Numbered from the stretch's first letter, positions 29,940 through 39,943 are shown. The stretch is 64,000 nt of DNA from Parcubacteria group bacterium (GCA_041660065.1 JBAZXC010000001.1:392535-456534), one strand, 5' to 3'. The notes: generated by a model not told the origin, from the letters alone. A program made the numbers and translations.

Positions 29940-30040
29940 TCGTCATCGCGAGTGAAACGAAGCGATCTTTTTGCAATGTGAAATTCTCGTCGGAGATTGC
30001 CTGCCTACCGGCAGGCAGGCTTCGTTCCTCGCAATGACAG
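29940..30040. repeat. roughly 100-bp imperfect palindrome centred on the GC-rich hairpin CCTGCCTACCGGCAGGCAGG
   Basis: Core at 30000-30019. Outer arms tcgtcatcgcgagtgaaacgaagc and gcttcgttcctcgcaatgacag. Reverse complement of the cores at 31840 and 31931. Confidence 0.6.
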
Positions 30041-30202
30041 GTGTGTATTTTCCTATTACCAATTCTATTTCAACATAAAAAAGACCTTATGTATTCACAT
30101 AAGGTCCCAGATTGTATTCGCACAATCCTAAAGCGTTGACAAAAATTTGCCGATCTTAAGGACAAAGGATCCATAGTTCAAAGATCTCCACAGTTCTCAG
30201 GA

Positions 30203-30916
30203 CTAACTTGCGCAACACGCAGACGGACGGTCGGCAGCATACCGAAGGCCAAGCCAAAAGTGGTTCCATGTCCACGTGCCATCATCGCCCCGAAGGAGAA
30301 ACAGAACATAGCGCCAGCCATTCGAATCGCGAAGAATAAGACCAGAAAAGTCCAGAAAAGTGATTCCGAAATTCTGGTAGAGCCACTCGAGAGCGCCATT
30401 GATCCCATTTTCCTGATAATCTTCCCAAATGGCGAGAAAAACATTTCCTCCAAATCGGATGAGATCTGACTTTTTTTCTTTCAGACGACGGATTTTTTCC
30501 TCGCAATCGATCGATTTTTCCTTTGTCCGAAGACATGTCTCAAAAACAAACTTTGTGAGTTCAATCTCAGTGAGAGTCTCTGATCGCGGATCGACATCTC
30601 TCTCGCCGGTAAGTCCGTCACCATCAGCAGACCCCTTCCAGACAGTCCAACCTTTACCGAGAAACTCAGTTGGGTCAAACGGTTTGGTCAGGAGCAACTT
30701 TGAGTTATTGATAGTAAGACGAAATCTATTTTCTATAAAAGCAGCAAACAGCTTTCCTTTTTGATCTGGCGGAAGGTCAATAAAAGGCTGAACATCAACC
30801 TTAATTTTGTCCCACGGAATATCAACAGAAAATGATGCAATTAAACTGCGAGCTTGACCACCAGAGATAGCTTTACCCATGACAATTCTCCTCTTTACAT
30901 GTGCGCTTGACCACAT
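30203..30916 (-). CDS. hypothetical protein (GC-elevated; 3' end ambiguous, overlapping alternative frames)
   Basis: 237-aa ORF. Likely start MGKAISGG. The C-terminal 80 codons overlap ORFs that are open in two other frames. Confidence 0.35.
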   Translation of the reverse strand: MWSSAHVKRRIVMGKAISGGQARSLIASFSVDIPWDKIKVDVQPFIDLPPDQKGKLFAAFIENRFRLTINNSKLLLTKPFDPTEFLGKGWTVWKGSADGDGLTGERDVDPRSETLTEIELTKFVFETCLRTKEKSIDCEEKIRRLKEKKSDLIRFGGNVFLAIWEDYQENGINGALEWLYQNFGITFLDFSGLILRDSNGWRYVLFLLRGDDGTWTWNHFWLGLRYAADRPSACCAS

Positions 30917-31246
30917 CTGCGATATGCAGAATAAGCTTAACGCATTTATGAACGTAGATATGACACAATATAAAATCCTTTCTTTTGGAGAAAGAATACG
31001 AATTTACCATTGTTAATGAGCTAACGTTACATTGTACACCTAAATAGCCTTTTTGTCAATGTTTTTGACTACCCCAAATGCTTTCTTATCACTGTTTTTT
31101 TAAACAAATATGTGCGCGCTACATGCAAAAATCTCCCCTGCCCCTCTTTACAAAAGAGGGGGTCTTAAAAAATCATTTTACAAATGATGCAATGCGGAAG
31201 CAAGCCTCACAAAAAAACACCGCGTGTTGCGGTGTTCTTCTTTATG

Positions 31247-31480
31247 CTAGTTTTTGACAAGTTCGCGCAGATCGTACTGCTTGCCTTCTCTTTGCCACTT
31301 TTTTAGTGTACGGAGTGCAGTTGTCGATAGACGCACGGACATTTTTGTACCGGTAGCGGGATTGACCAATGTTCTCTTTTGCAAATTGATCATAAATGTT
31401 CTCCTTGTTTTCCTCTGGGAATGAGAAACATTATTTCCCACTGCAGTGCCTTTGCCTGTTATTTCACATATGCGAGACAT
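31247..31480 (-). CDS. rpmB: 50S ribosomal protein L28
   Basis: [11 protein letters not shown]...SHSQRKTRR is the L28 signature. Confidence 0.85.
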   Translation of the reverse strand: MSRICEITGKGTAVGNNVSHSQRKTRRTFMINLQKRTLVNPATGTKMSVRLSTTALRTLKKWQREGKQYDLRELVKN

Positions 31481-31509
31481 ATTTTTCCTTATAGTTAAAA
31501 ACGAATAAT

Positions 31510-31680
31510 TTATTTCTTTTCACGATATACTGTATGCTTTTTTGCTACCGGATTGAATTTTTTGACCTCAATTTTGATCCCGCGAAGCTTTTTGGTATTT
31601 TTGTGCGACCAAATAGTATGGCCTTTGCCTTTGCCTTCTTCATCACCCTGTGATACGAGTTTAATAAGATTGTCCTGTGA
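31510..31680 (-). CDS. rpmG: 50S ribosomal protein L33
   Basis: The start [12 protein letters not shown]... is trimmed from the track [20 protein letters not shown] is the L33 C-terminus. Confidence 0.75.
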   Translation of the reverse strand, partial: SQDNLIKLVSQGDEEGKGKGHTIWSHKNTKKLRGIKIEVKKFNPVAKKHTVYREKK

Positions 31681-31839
31681 CATAATTGCTATAAAAAAAT
31701 AAACAAACATCAACAAACGCACGGTATTATTTCGTGCTTTTCATGTATGAAGGTCATTATACACGATTTCAAAAATATTGCAAGTTCACGCACTTTTTAC
31801 ACAAAAAAACAACTCTACTTCTAAATTCACAATTGTAAA

Positions 31840-31859
31840 CCTGCCTGCCGGTAGGCAAG
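31840..31859. repeat. GC-rich hairpin repeat CCTGCCTGCCGGTAGGCARG (copy)
   Basis: Same family as 30000-30019 in opposite orientation. One mismatch. Confidence 0.6.
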
Positions 31860-31930
31860 GTTGAAAATTATACTTGTGTGACCCCACGGAGAAGCTCACA
31901 CGGTGACACATCACCTTTTAAAAACCCACG

Positions 31931-31950
31931 CCTGCCTGCCGGTAGGCAGG
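31931..31950. repeat. GC-rich hairpin repeat CCTGCCTGCCGGTAGGCAGG (copy)
   Basis: Exact reverse complement of 30000-30019. Confidence 0.6.
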
Positions 31951-32073
31951 GTTTTCAATGCTTTCCTCCAGCAGGAAAACAATTGTTTTCCCGACCCCTT
32001 TCATTGTTCGATTTTTTCACTGAACAAAAAACAACAAAACGATATGTCCATTCTCATTTTTATTACTTTTTTG

Positions 32074-32145
32074 TGACCCCACGGAGAATCGAACTCCGGT
32101 TTCCAGGATGAGAACCTGACGTCCTAGCCGCTAGACGATGGGGCC
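32074..32145 (-). tRNA. tRNA-Glu (anticodon CTC)
   Basis: GGCCCCA acceptor. D-arm TCGTCTAGCGGCTAGGAC, as is typical of tRNA-Glu. Anticodon loop UUCUCAU. T-loop TTCGATT. Confidence 0.75.
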
Positions 32146-32242
32146 GAATTAAGTTAAAAGTCGAAAGTCAAAAGTCAAAAATAAAACATCAAAAAGATAC
32201 AAAGAGCATTATAGCAGAATCGTGGAAAAAATCAACTTACGC

Positions 32243-33523
32243 TTACAACGCCTGTGTCGGATCCTCTACGATTGCGCGTACGATCCTTTCCATGTGCATG
32301 CCACGCGACCCTTTGACCAAAATCACATCCCCTTGTTCGATATAATCGACAATGCTTGGAATGACCGTCTCCGCATCACTAAAATATTTCTTTTGTATAT
32401 GTTTTTGTTGCAACTGCTCATATGCATCGCGCATTTTTTCTCCCACAAAAAATACTTCATCAATCTTGTTTTCTTCCATGTATATTGCAACTTTTTTATG
32501 TTCTGCAACAGATATATCACCCAATTCACGCATATCCCCCACAATCGCGATCTTTCTTTCTGCCGGAATTTTCCCAAGTGTTTCAATCGCCGCTTTCATT
32601 GCTTTTGGCGATGCGTTGTATGTATCATCAATGAGGAGAGCACCTTTTTTTGTTTTAAGAAGTCGCATCCGCCCTGGAGATGGCACAAAATCCTCCAGAT
32701 CATTTATTGTTTCAATGACATTAAGATGCAATTCATGTGCAACAGCAAGAGCAGCGAGAGCAGCATAGATCATGTGCTCGGCACACAAGTTATGCAAACG
32801 CACAGGGATCATCTTGCCCTCATAATTCAATTTGAAAGACAACCCCGTTGTATAGCACTGTTGAAAACAAACATCAATGTCTGTGGCGACAAAGTCCGCA
32901 CCATGCACCGTACCATATGACAGACAGCGATTTTTGGTCTTCGCGCAAACATTAGCAACGTTACGATCATCAGCATTAACGATCGCCACGCCACCATCTT
33001 TCAACTTCGTTACGATCTTTTGTTTTTCTTCTGCAATATGTTCGATCGATGGGAAAAATTCACTATGCGCCGGTGCAATCGCCGTCAAAATGGCAATATC
33101 CGGTAATACGATATGCAAAAGTTTATCCATGTCATACATACGATCCACACCCATTTCCACGACAACAATCTCCGGATAACGCACAGTGCACAGCGCATAG
33201 ATCCATCGGAAAAAAACCTGCATTACATTCAAAACAGAATCCACACTGTGTTCAACGCCACAGATCGTCAAGGGAACACCAACTTCATTGTTATAATTTT
33301 TGCGCGTATACCACACTTTTCTGTGACGACGCAAAATATGCACGATCATATCTTTTGTCGTTGTCTTGCCAATGGAGCCTGTAATACCAATTACGAATGG
33401 TTTTTGTCGCCACAATACACTACGCGCCATCCACCGCAAAACTGTTTCACACACATAACGTTTCCATGAACTTTCTTTTATATCATTATTTTGAATCAAT
33501 TTTCTCTGTCGGTGGTATATCAT
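32243..33523 (-). CDS. murF: UDP-N-acetylmuramoyl-tripeptide--D-alanyl-D-alanine ligase
   Basis: GITGSIGKTTTKDMI P-loop. Mur ligase central and C-terminal domains. Sits in the division/cell-wall cluster. Confidence 0.8.
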   Translation of the reverse strand: MIYHRQRKLIQNNDIKESSWKRYVCETVLRWMARSVLWRQKPFVIGITGSIGKTTTKDMIVHILRRHRKVWYTRKNYNNEVGVPLTICGVEHSVDSVLNVMQVFFRWIYALCTVRYPEIVVVEMGVDRMYDMDKLLHIVLPDIAILTAIAPAHSEFFPSIEHIAEEKQKIVTKLKDGGVAIVNADDRNVANVCAKTKNRCLSYGTVHGADFVATDIDVCFQQCYTTGLSFKLNYEGKMIPVRLHNLCAEHMIYAALAALAVAHELHLNVIETINDLEDFVPSPGRMRLLKTKKGALLIDDTYNASPKAMKAAIETLGKIPAERKIAIVGDMRELGDISVAEHKKVAIYMEENKIDEVFFVGEKMRDAYEQLQQKHIQKKYFSDAETVIPSIVDYIEQGDVILVKGSRGMHMERIVRAIVEDPTQAL

Positions 33524-35261
33524 AAAAATTCAACAAATATTTCATCACCTGTCCAAATGTTGGTGCCGCACTGGACTCCGCCCATATAATATTTTTTGGA
33601 TTATCGATCCGCACCACGATCACAAACCGCGGATCATTGATCGGACCATAGCCCGCAAATGTACCGATCGTTTGTGTATCATCATAGCCCTTTTCACCGG
33701 TCTTTGCGACTTGTGCCGTACCCGTCTTTCCTCCGATCAAATATCCCGGTACATCAGCACGCTTTCCGTGCCCATTTACCACAACACTACGTAACATCTC
33801 ACCGATCTGTCGTGACGCATCCTCACTGATCACACGATGCACGGGATATGGTGGGATCACCTCTTGTGTGCCGTCTGAATACACTTTTTTTTCAATAATT
33901 TGCGGTTTCATCATGAAGCCGCCATTTGCCAATGCGCTGTATGCACTTGCCAGCTGTAACGGCGTCACAGTGATCCCTTGTCCGAACGATGCTGTATAAT
34001 ATTCCACATTCCGATTGATATGTGCAAGATTAGAAATGTTACCATCGGCTTCCGCAGGCAATTCGATACCCGTTACACTTCCAAAACCAAATCTTTCCAC
34101 ATATTCTTTAAATTTTTTGTTTCCTACCAACGTCTCCACATGAATGACACCCGTATTGATCGAATTTTCCAGAACTTGCGTCATCGTCTGCAACCCATAC
34201 ACCTTATCTTCAGAGTTTCTGATCGTATACTCGGCAGCTTTTATGGAACCTGTATCAACATACGTTGAATCTTTCGTCACTTTACCATCATCCAATCCCA
34301 TCGCCATTGTGACCGGCTTAAATACGGAACCACACTCATATTCATCCGAGATAGCGTGATTGCGAAACACGGCGACATCTTCCACTTCATTATAATTATT
34401 TGGTGTGAACATCGGATCATTTGCAAGCGCGAGAATCTTTCCCGTCTTCGGATCCATGACAATGATAGAGCCACCCGTTGCCTCATACTGCTTTATTGCA
34501 CTCTCCAATATCCTTTCAACCTCATATTGTACAGTATAATCGATTGTCAAATACATATCCGTCCCGTCTTTTTTTTCAGAAACGATACGATCCGTATTGG
34601 CGAGCCACCCACCACGTGCATCACGCTCCTGAACTACTTTTCCATCACTGCCTCGCAATTCCTCATCAAAAAATGCCTCAATACCATAACGACCTCGATA
34701 TGTCTCTCCATCCGATCCCACAAATCCCACAACATGCGATGCAAGCGATCCTCCTGGATAGAATCGGAAATATTCAGATAAAAAATTCAGTCCTTTGATA
34801 TTTTTTTTCTCAATGTCTTCCTTTTCTTCTTTTGTTATTTTATGTTTCAGTTCCTCATGGATATCATTTCTTTTGGCAATTTTTTGCAAGACTGCTCCTG
34901 TATCCAACTGTAGAGCTTGTGCGATCTGATCAGCAACCGTAGACATTTCTTCGTCAGGCACATCTCGTGGCGACACATATGCCATAAAATATTCTCGGTT
35001 TACACCAAGCGGATACACATCATCATTGTTTTTGAGAAAAATTTCTCCTCGAGAAGATAAGATATTTTTTTCAACCGTATGTTGTCGAAATGCCAAAGAA
35101 GAATATTTTTCGTATCCAAAAACCTGAATGAAGACCAACCGTACCACAACTACAAAAAATACCGTTATGACAAAAACAAAAATGACCGATGTGCGCGTCC
35201 AACGCATAGCATACCTGCTTTTTTCAGAATTTTTTGTTGTTGTATATTTCTTATTTTTCAT
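33486..35261 (-). CDS. ftsI: penicillin-binding protein 2/FtsI-type peptidoglycan D,D-transpeptidase
   Basis: N-terminal TM, PBP dimerisation domain, and transpeptidase motifs SVFKP and KTGTA. Confidence 0.8.
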   Translation of the reverse strand: MKNKKYTTTKNSEKSRYAMRWTRTSVIFVFVITVFFVVVVRLVFIQVFGYEKYSSLAFRQHTVEKNILSSRGEIFLKNNDDVYPLGVNREYFMAYVSPRDVPDEEMSTVADQIAQALQLDTGAVLQKIAKRNDIHEELKHKITKEEKEDIEKKNIKGLNFLSEYFRFYPGGSLASHVVGFVGSDGETYRGRYGIEAFFDEELRGSDGKVVQERDARGGWLANTDRIVSEKKDGTDMYLTIDYTVQYEVERILESAIKQYEATGGSIIVMDPKTGKILALANDPMFTPNNYNEVEDVAVFRNHAISDEYECGSVFKPVTMAMGLDDGKVTKDSTYVDTGSIKAAEYTIRNSEDKVYGLQTMTQVLENSINTGVIHVETLVGNKKFKEYVERFGFGSVTGIELPAEADGNISNLAHINRNVEYYTASFGQGITVTPLQLASAYSALANGGFMMKPQIIEKKVYSDGTQEVIPPYPVHRVISEDASRQIGEMLRSVVVNGHGKRADVPGYLIGGKTGTAQVAKTGEKGYDDTQTIGTFAGYGPINDPRFVIVVRIDNPKNIIWAESSAAPTFGQVMKYLLNFYDIPPTEKIDSK

Positions 35262-35264
35262 TGC

Positions 35265-35345
35265 TAGGACTTACGCGTTTGAGCACAGTTCGAGATGCAA
35301 TCAAGGATCGGCTGGCGAGAAATGTGCCAAATGCGCAAGTCCTAA
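35265..35345. repeat. MITE-like element with TAGGACTTACGC terminal inverted repeats
   Basis: taggacttacgcgtttg ... caaatgcgcaagtcctaa (2 mismatches). Exactly fills the ftsL-ftsI gap. Confidence 0.5.
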
Positions 35346-35741
35346 TTACATTGCGCCATCCAGTGCAACATAGGTTTCCTTATCGATATACACCGGATCA
35401 GATATTTCTTCCATACCCTTATCTTTCACAATGCTCTCAATGTTTTCCAATGAGCGCAACTGTGCCTCCTGAATCGTCAATTGTTCATTTTCACGCGACA
35501 ATTCACTGATCTCTTTTTCCACTGTATAAATTTCTCCCCCCTTGATCGCAACATCATTTGCGCTAAAGAGATACAAAATTCCCGTCAAGACAACACAAGA
35601 AAAAACAAAAACACCAACTGACCCAAATCCTTGCGCCGTGGTACGTTTTTTTGTATTTTCTTTTTGTACACCGCGACGATACACGCAGTATGATCGTCGT
35701 CGTGCAGTATTACAATATGGCATGCCGGTTATATTAACCAA
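35346..35741 (-). CDS. ftsL: cell division protein FtsL/DivIC-like (septum formation initiator family)
   Basis: Single TM followed by a coiled coil (EISELSRENEQLTIQEAQLRSLENIESI). Positioned between rsmH and ftsI. The start is probably internal to the track ORF. Confidence 0.55.
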   Translation of the reverse strand: MVNITGMPYCNTARRRSYCVYRRGVQKENTKKRTTAQGFGSVGVFVFSCVVLTGILYLFSANDVAIKGGEIYTVEKEISELSRENEQLTIQEAQLRSLENIESIVKDKGMEEISDPVYIDKETYVALDGAM

Positions 35742-35801
35742 CGTGCCCCCCTCACACGTTATTTTTTTGTTTTACCTTTTCCCGCGCCGTAAATTTTTAT
35801 T

Positions 35802-36749
35802 TTACACGGATAACTTCTGCACAACACGCAATCGTGCGCTTCGTGCACGCGGATTTTGTCGTACTTCCTCTTCTGATGGAGCAATCGGTTTTTTGGCAAC
35901 AACACGCACTGTCGGCACAATATTACATGTGCAAATCGGCGCATCCTCCGCACAAATGCATCCCCTCGCATGTGTACGAAAAACATTTTTTACCAATCGA
36001 TCCTCTCCAGAATGGAAGGAAACGACCACAAATCTTCCTGAATCCTGTAATGCTTTTATTCCCTCTGTAAGAAAAATCTGCAAATGCCGGTATTCATCAT
36101 TCACGGCAATCCGCAACGCTTGAAATGTTTTTGTTGCCGGATGTACTTTGAGCGATCGTCGAACACTTTGCGGGATCGCATCACCAACGACCTGCGCGAG
36201 TGCTTCGGTTGTTTCCAACGGACGGGATGCACAAATTGCACGCGCAATTCGCTGTGCAAATTTCTCATCACCATACGTCGCAATAATATCCGCAATATCC
36301 TCTTGCGCATACTGATTGACGATCTCCAAAGCGCTTACCACATTGTCCTGATCCATGCGCATATCGATCAACCCGCCATACTTGAAACTGAATCCCCTAT
36401 CAGCTTCATTGAGTTGGTCTGATGACACGCCAAGATCTGCGACAATTGCATCGACTTTTTCGATTCCTTGCTCTTGCAAGACTTTTCTTATATGAGAATA
36501 ATTTGAATGAACAATTGTGATTTCCTGTGCTATTTTTGGGTTGTGTGCGATAAACCGATCAATCGCTTTTTGATCCTGATCAAGTGCGATCAGCCGTCCT
36601 TCCGGTCCGATTTTTTCATGGATCATCTTTGCATATCCTCCGCCACCAAGTGTTGCATCCACCACCGTCATACCACGACGCAATTGCATCATCTCCAACG
36701 CCTCCAGAGCCATTACCGGTATGTGCTGTGTCTTTTCCAGTGCATTCAT
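35802..36749 (-). CDS. rsmH: 16S rRNA (cytosine1402-N4)-methyltransferase
   Basis: VVDATLGGGGYA SAM-binding motif. Follows mraZ. Confidence 0.85.
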   Translation of the reverse strand: MNALEKTQHIPVMALEALEMMQLRRGMTVVDATLGGGGYAKMIHEKIGPEGRLIALDQDQKAIDRFIAHNPKIAQEITIVHSNYSHIRKVLQEQGIEKVDAIVADLGVSSDQLNEADRGFSFKYGGLIDMRMDQDNVVSALEIVNQYAQEDIADIIATYGDEKFAQRIARAICASRPLETTEALAQVVGDAIPQSVRRSLKVHPATKTFQALRIAVNDEYRHLQIFLTEGIKALQDSGRFVVVSFHSGEDRLVKNVFRTHARGCICAEDAPICTCNIVPTVRVVAKKPIAPSEEEVRQNPRARSARLRVVQKLSV

Positions 36750-36769
36750 GAATATCCCGCTTTCCCAAA

Positions 36770-37213
36770 TTAATACATGCCAATCTTTCCCAAATTTTCT
36801 GCTATTTCATCCGTATTTTTCTCCGCATTTTCTTTATACTCTTTCCAGTTCTTTTCATCCCAGATTTCCAATCGATTGAATAGTCCCGCGACAACAACGT
36901 CTTTACCGATTCCTGCATACTGCTTCAAATAATCCGGAATGAGCACACGACCCTGTCCATCGGCATTTACATCTGTTGCACCTGCAAGCATGAGTCGCAC
37001 AAATGATCGTGTCGCAGATTCACCGATCGGCATCGTACCCAACTTTTGTGCCAGCTCTTGCCACACAACAAGTGGATAGACAAAGAGACATTTATCCAAC
37101 CCTCGCGTCACTACAACCGTCCCTCCAAGCTCTGCACGAAATTTTGACGGTAATGCCACTCTGTTTTTTACATCAACAACATGATTGTATTCTCCAATAA
37201 ACATATATGACAC
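36770..37213 (-). CDS. mraZ: transcriptional regulator MraZ
   Basis: MFIGEYNHVVDVKNRVALP with a duplicated MraZ fold. First gene of the division/cell-wall cluster. Confidence 0.85.
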   Translation of the reverse strand: MSYMFIGEYNHVVDVKNRVALPSKFRAELGGTVVVTRGLDKCLFVYPLVVWQELAQKLGTMPIGESATRSFVRLMLAGATDVNADGQGRVLIPDYLKQYAGIGKDVVVAGLFNRLEIWDEKNWKEYKENAEKNTDEIAENLGKIGMY

Positions 37214-37452
37214 AACATCTAAATTTCACCACTTTTCACCACCTATCTGTTCTCTAGTGACATTCTACACCACTTTACATTTCCCCGTCAAATTTTTAAT
37301 ATACCAGCCCCCACAAAAAATGGCCACTTATCAACATCTTATCCACAGATCAGATATTTTGCTTAATTCCGTAAAATTGCACTATTGTCCCCCACAAGGA
37401 AAAAACTGAGTTTTGCTCAGTTTTTACAGCTTTTCTTAAAAAAGTTACATGA

Positions 37453-37932
37453 TCAACGCCCCCTCATGCCGGCAACACGACTGACACTAGCGCCCCCACC
37501 CAGCCGTGATGACAAATTGCGATTTGCACCGATGTTCAAATTCATATTCGTCAATGGTTTATGAGCAAGTGATGACGGTTTGACAATGGGATTTTTTTGC
37601 ATATCGGTTTTTTCTAGTGACATTTTCGGCGAGCAGTGTTTTTTTTCAATTCTTCCAAGATCAAAACTTTCCGCGATTGCATCAATACCCTTGCGGTCAA
37701 AATGATGTTCTCCATACTTATGATCTGCCAGGATCGTCTTTAGTTCTTTTTTTGTCACATTATTATCGCGCACATTCTTTAGTTCTTGAAAAATTTCTTT
37801 GGTCCGCGCATCACGATTGAAAACCGAATGGCGCGTATCACTTTCCTTTAATACATCTATTACATCACTGGTATGCATATTGCCACCAAATAATGTATTT
37901 TTCTTAAAAATCACTTTTTTATCATCTTTCAT
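37453..37932 (-). CDS. hypothetical protein
   Basis: 159-aa ORF. No recognisable family. Confidence 0.35.
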   Translation of the reverse strand: MKDDKKVIFKKNTLFGGNMHTSDVIDVLKESDTRHSVFNRDARTKEIFQELKNVRDNNVTKKELKTILADHKYGEHHFDRKGIDAIAESFDLGRIEKKHCSPKMSLEKTDMQKNPIVKPSSLAHKPLTNMNLNIGANRNLSSRLGGGASVSRVAGMRGR

Positions 37933-37939
37933 ATTTTTT

Positions 37940-38009
37940 AGACTTTAGCTAAAACTTTACAGACTTTTCACTTTACAAACTTTATGAACTTTCCACCTTA
38001 TAAACTCTT
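37940..38009. repeat. degenerate roughly 10-nt tandem repeats (ACTTTACAAAC / TTTATGAACTTT / CTTATAAAC)
   Basis: Same repeat family as 47501-47575 and 48131-48190. Confidence 0.5.
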
Positions 38010-39923
38010 TTACTCAATTATCGCTTTGATCCTCCGGACACCTGCGCTGGACGATTCTTCTTTCTTGATCTTGAATACACCTTTGATATCTCCCGTATTG
38101 GTCACATGGGGACCACCGCAGATCTCATTGGAGAATCCTTCCACAGAATATACTTTCACCACATCACCATATTTATTTTCAAAAGCACCTTCCGCCCCAC
38201 TCGCTTTGGCGTCGTCCAAGCTCATTTCTTTCATCACCACCGGCACCTTTGCGTGAATTGCCTCATTGACATAATCCTCTACAGCCTTTTTTTGTCCATC
38301 GGTCATTTTCTCCGAATGGGAAAAATCAAAACGTACACGCTCCCCGTTGATATTGGATCCCTTCTGATGCACGTGTTCACCGAGAACTTTCCGCAACCCA
38401 GCTAGCATCAAATGAGCCGCAGTGTGCAACTGCATCGTTTCTTCTTTATTATCAGCCAAACCACCCTTGAACATACCCGCACTTGCCGTACGTGAAAGTT
38501 CTTGATGTTTTTTTAATTCTTCTGAAAATTCTTTTTTTAATAACTCCTTCTGTTGATTATTTATTTTTTTTCCTGCTATTTCTTCCAACTCTTCCAGTGT
38601 CATTTCCAAAGGAAAACCATAACTTTGGTAAAAATCAAAAAGCCATTTACCTCTTTTTGTCTCAGGTAGCATTTCTGTATTTCGATTTTCTTCATCATAC
38701 AAAAATAATATTTTATACTTTTCTTTAATTCTAAAACGTTGTTTTTTGATTTCTTTTATTCCTCTTTCTATAGTTTCTCTAAATTTCTCCTCCTCCTTTC
38801 CCAGTGCAGCCAAAATATTATCATCCAAAATTTCCGGATAAATTTCACCATAAATTATCTGTACCACTTTGGCAATTTCTACGGTAAAATTATTTTTAAT
38901 ATCTAAAAAATGACCTTGTCTCACAGCGCGACGAATTAACCGACGGAGAATATAACCTCGTCCTGTGTTTTCTGGAGTTACTCCATCGGCAATAATAAAA
39001 ACACTTGCCTTAATATGATCAGCAATAATTCGCATCGCGCGCATATCGCCAATCCAACATTCTGGCATTTCATCAAAACCTAAATCACCTTTTTTAAAAG
39101 AATATTTTTTTCCAGAGAGTTCTTCAATTTTTTCAATTATTGGGACAAACAGACTAGTTTGATAATTATCACTGAGACCGTTGATAGCGGATAACACACG
39201 AATGAGCCCCATCCCCGTATCAACATTTTGACTGGCCATTTTTACATATTCACCTTTTTCATTTTTGTGATATTCCATGAAAACATCATTCCAGATCTCC
39301 ACCCACAGATCATTGTCATCGTTAAAACTCTTCGGAACATCATTTGCATCCCCTACCCAATAAAACATTTCCGTGTCCGGTCCACAGGGTCCAGTCTCTC
39401 CTGCAGGTCCCCACCAATTATTTTTGCGTGGTAACTTGGCAATTCTTTCGATCGGCAAACCATTTGCGTCAAATATCTCTTTCCATAATCCATATGCCTC
39501 ACTGTCAAAAGGAATTTCACTGGAAGTCCCTTCATTTTCTCCCGTAAATACCGAAACAGCAATTCTGTTTTTATCAAGCCCCAACCATTCTGAAGATGTC
39601 AAAAACTCCCAACTCCATTGAATAGCATCTTTTTTGAAATAATCTCCCAGCGACCAATTCCCCAACATCTCAAAAAAAGTATGATGTGTCGCATCTCCCA
39701 CTTCATCAATATCGATAGTACGAATGCATTTTTGCGCATTTGCCAATCGCGTCCCTTCAGGATGCTTTTCCCCCATCAAATATGGCACAAGCGGATGCAT
39801 CCCCGCTGTGATAAAAAGCGTGGTCGGATCATTTTCCGGCACGATCGACGCTGATGGAATGATCCTGTGTCCTTTGGATTGAAAAAATTCCAAATATTTT
39901 TTTCGTAATTCTTCTGCTTTCAT
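38010..39923 (-). CDS. alaS: alanine--tRNA ligase (short form lacking C-terminal C-Ala domain)
   Basis: Class II catalytic core (FFEMLGNWSLGDYFK), tRNA-recognition domain, and editing domain (HTAAHLM...H, CGGPHV). Only 637 aa, with a Lys/Glu-rich insertion. Confidence 0.8.
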   Translation of the reverse strand: MKAEELRKKYLEFFQSKGHRIIPSASIVPENDPTTLFITAGMHPLVPYLMGEKHPEGTRLANAQKCIRTIDIDEVGDATHHTFFEMLGNWSLGDYFKKDAIQWSWEFLTSSEWLGLDKNRIAVSVFTGENEGTSSEIPFDSEAYGLWKEIFDANGLPIERIAKLPRKNNWWGPAGETGPCGPDTEMFYWVGDANDVPKSFNDDNDLWVEIWNDVFMEYHKNEKGEYVKMASQNVDTGMGLIRVLSAINGLSDNYQTSLFVPIIEKIEELSGKKYSFKKGDLGFDEMPECWIGDMRAMRIIADHIKASVFIIADGVTPENTGRGYILRRLIRRAVRQGHFLDIKNNFTVEIAKVVQIIYGEIYPEILDDNILAALGKEEEKFRETIERGIKEIKKQRFRIKEKYKILFLYDEENRNTEMLPETKRGKWLFDFYQSYGFPLEMTLEELEEIAGKKINNQQKELLKKEFSEELKKHQELSRTASAGMFKGGLADNKEETMQLHTAAHLMLAGLRKVLGEHVHQKGSNINGERVRFDFSHSEKMTDGQKKAVEDYVNEAIHAKVPVVMKEMSLDDAKASGAEGAFENKYGDVVKVYSVEGFSNEICGGPHVTNTGDIKGVFKIKKEESSSAGVRRIKAIIE

Positions 39924-39943
39924 AAATATAATTATCTTGGCGT

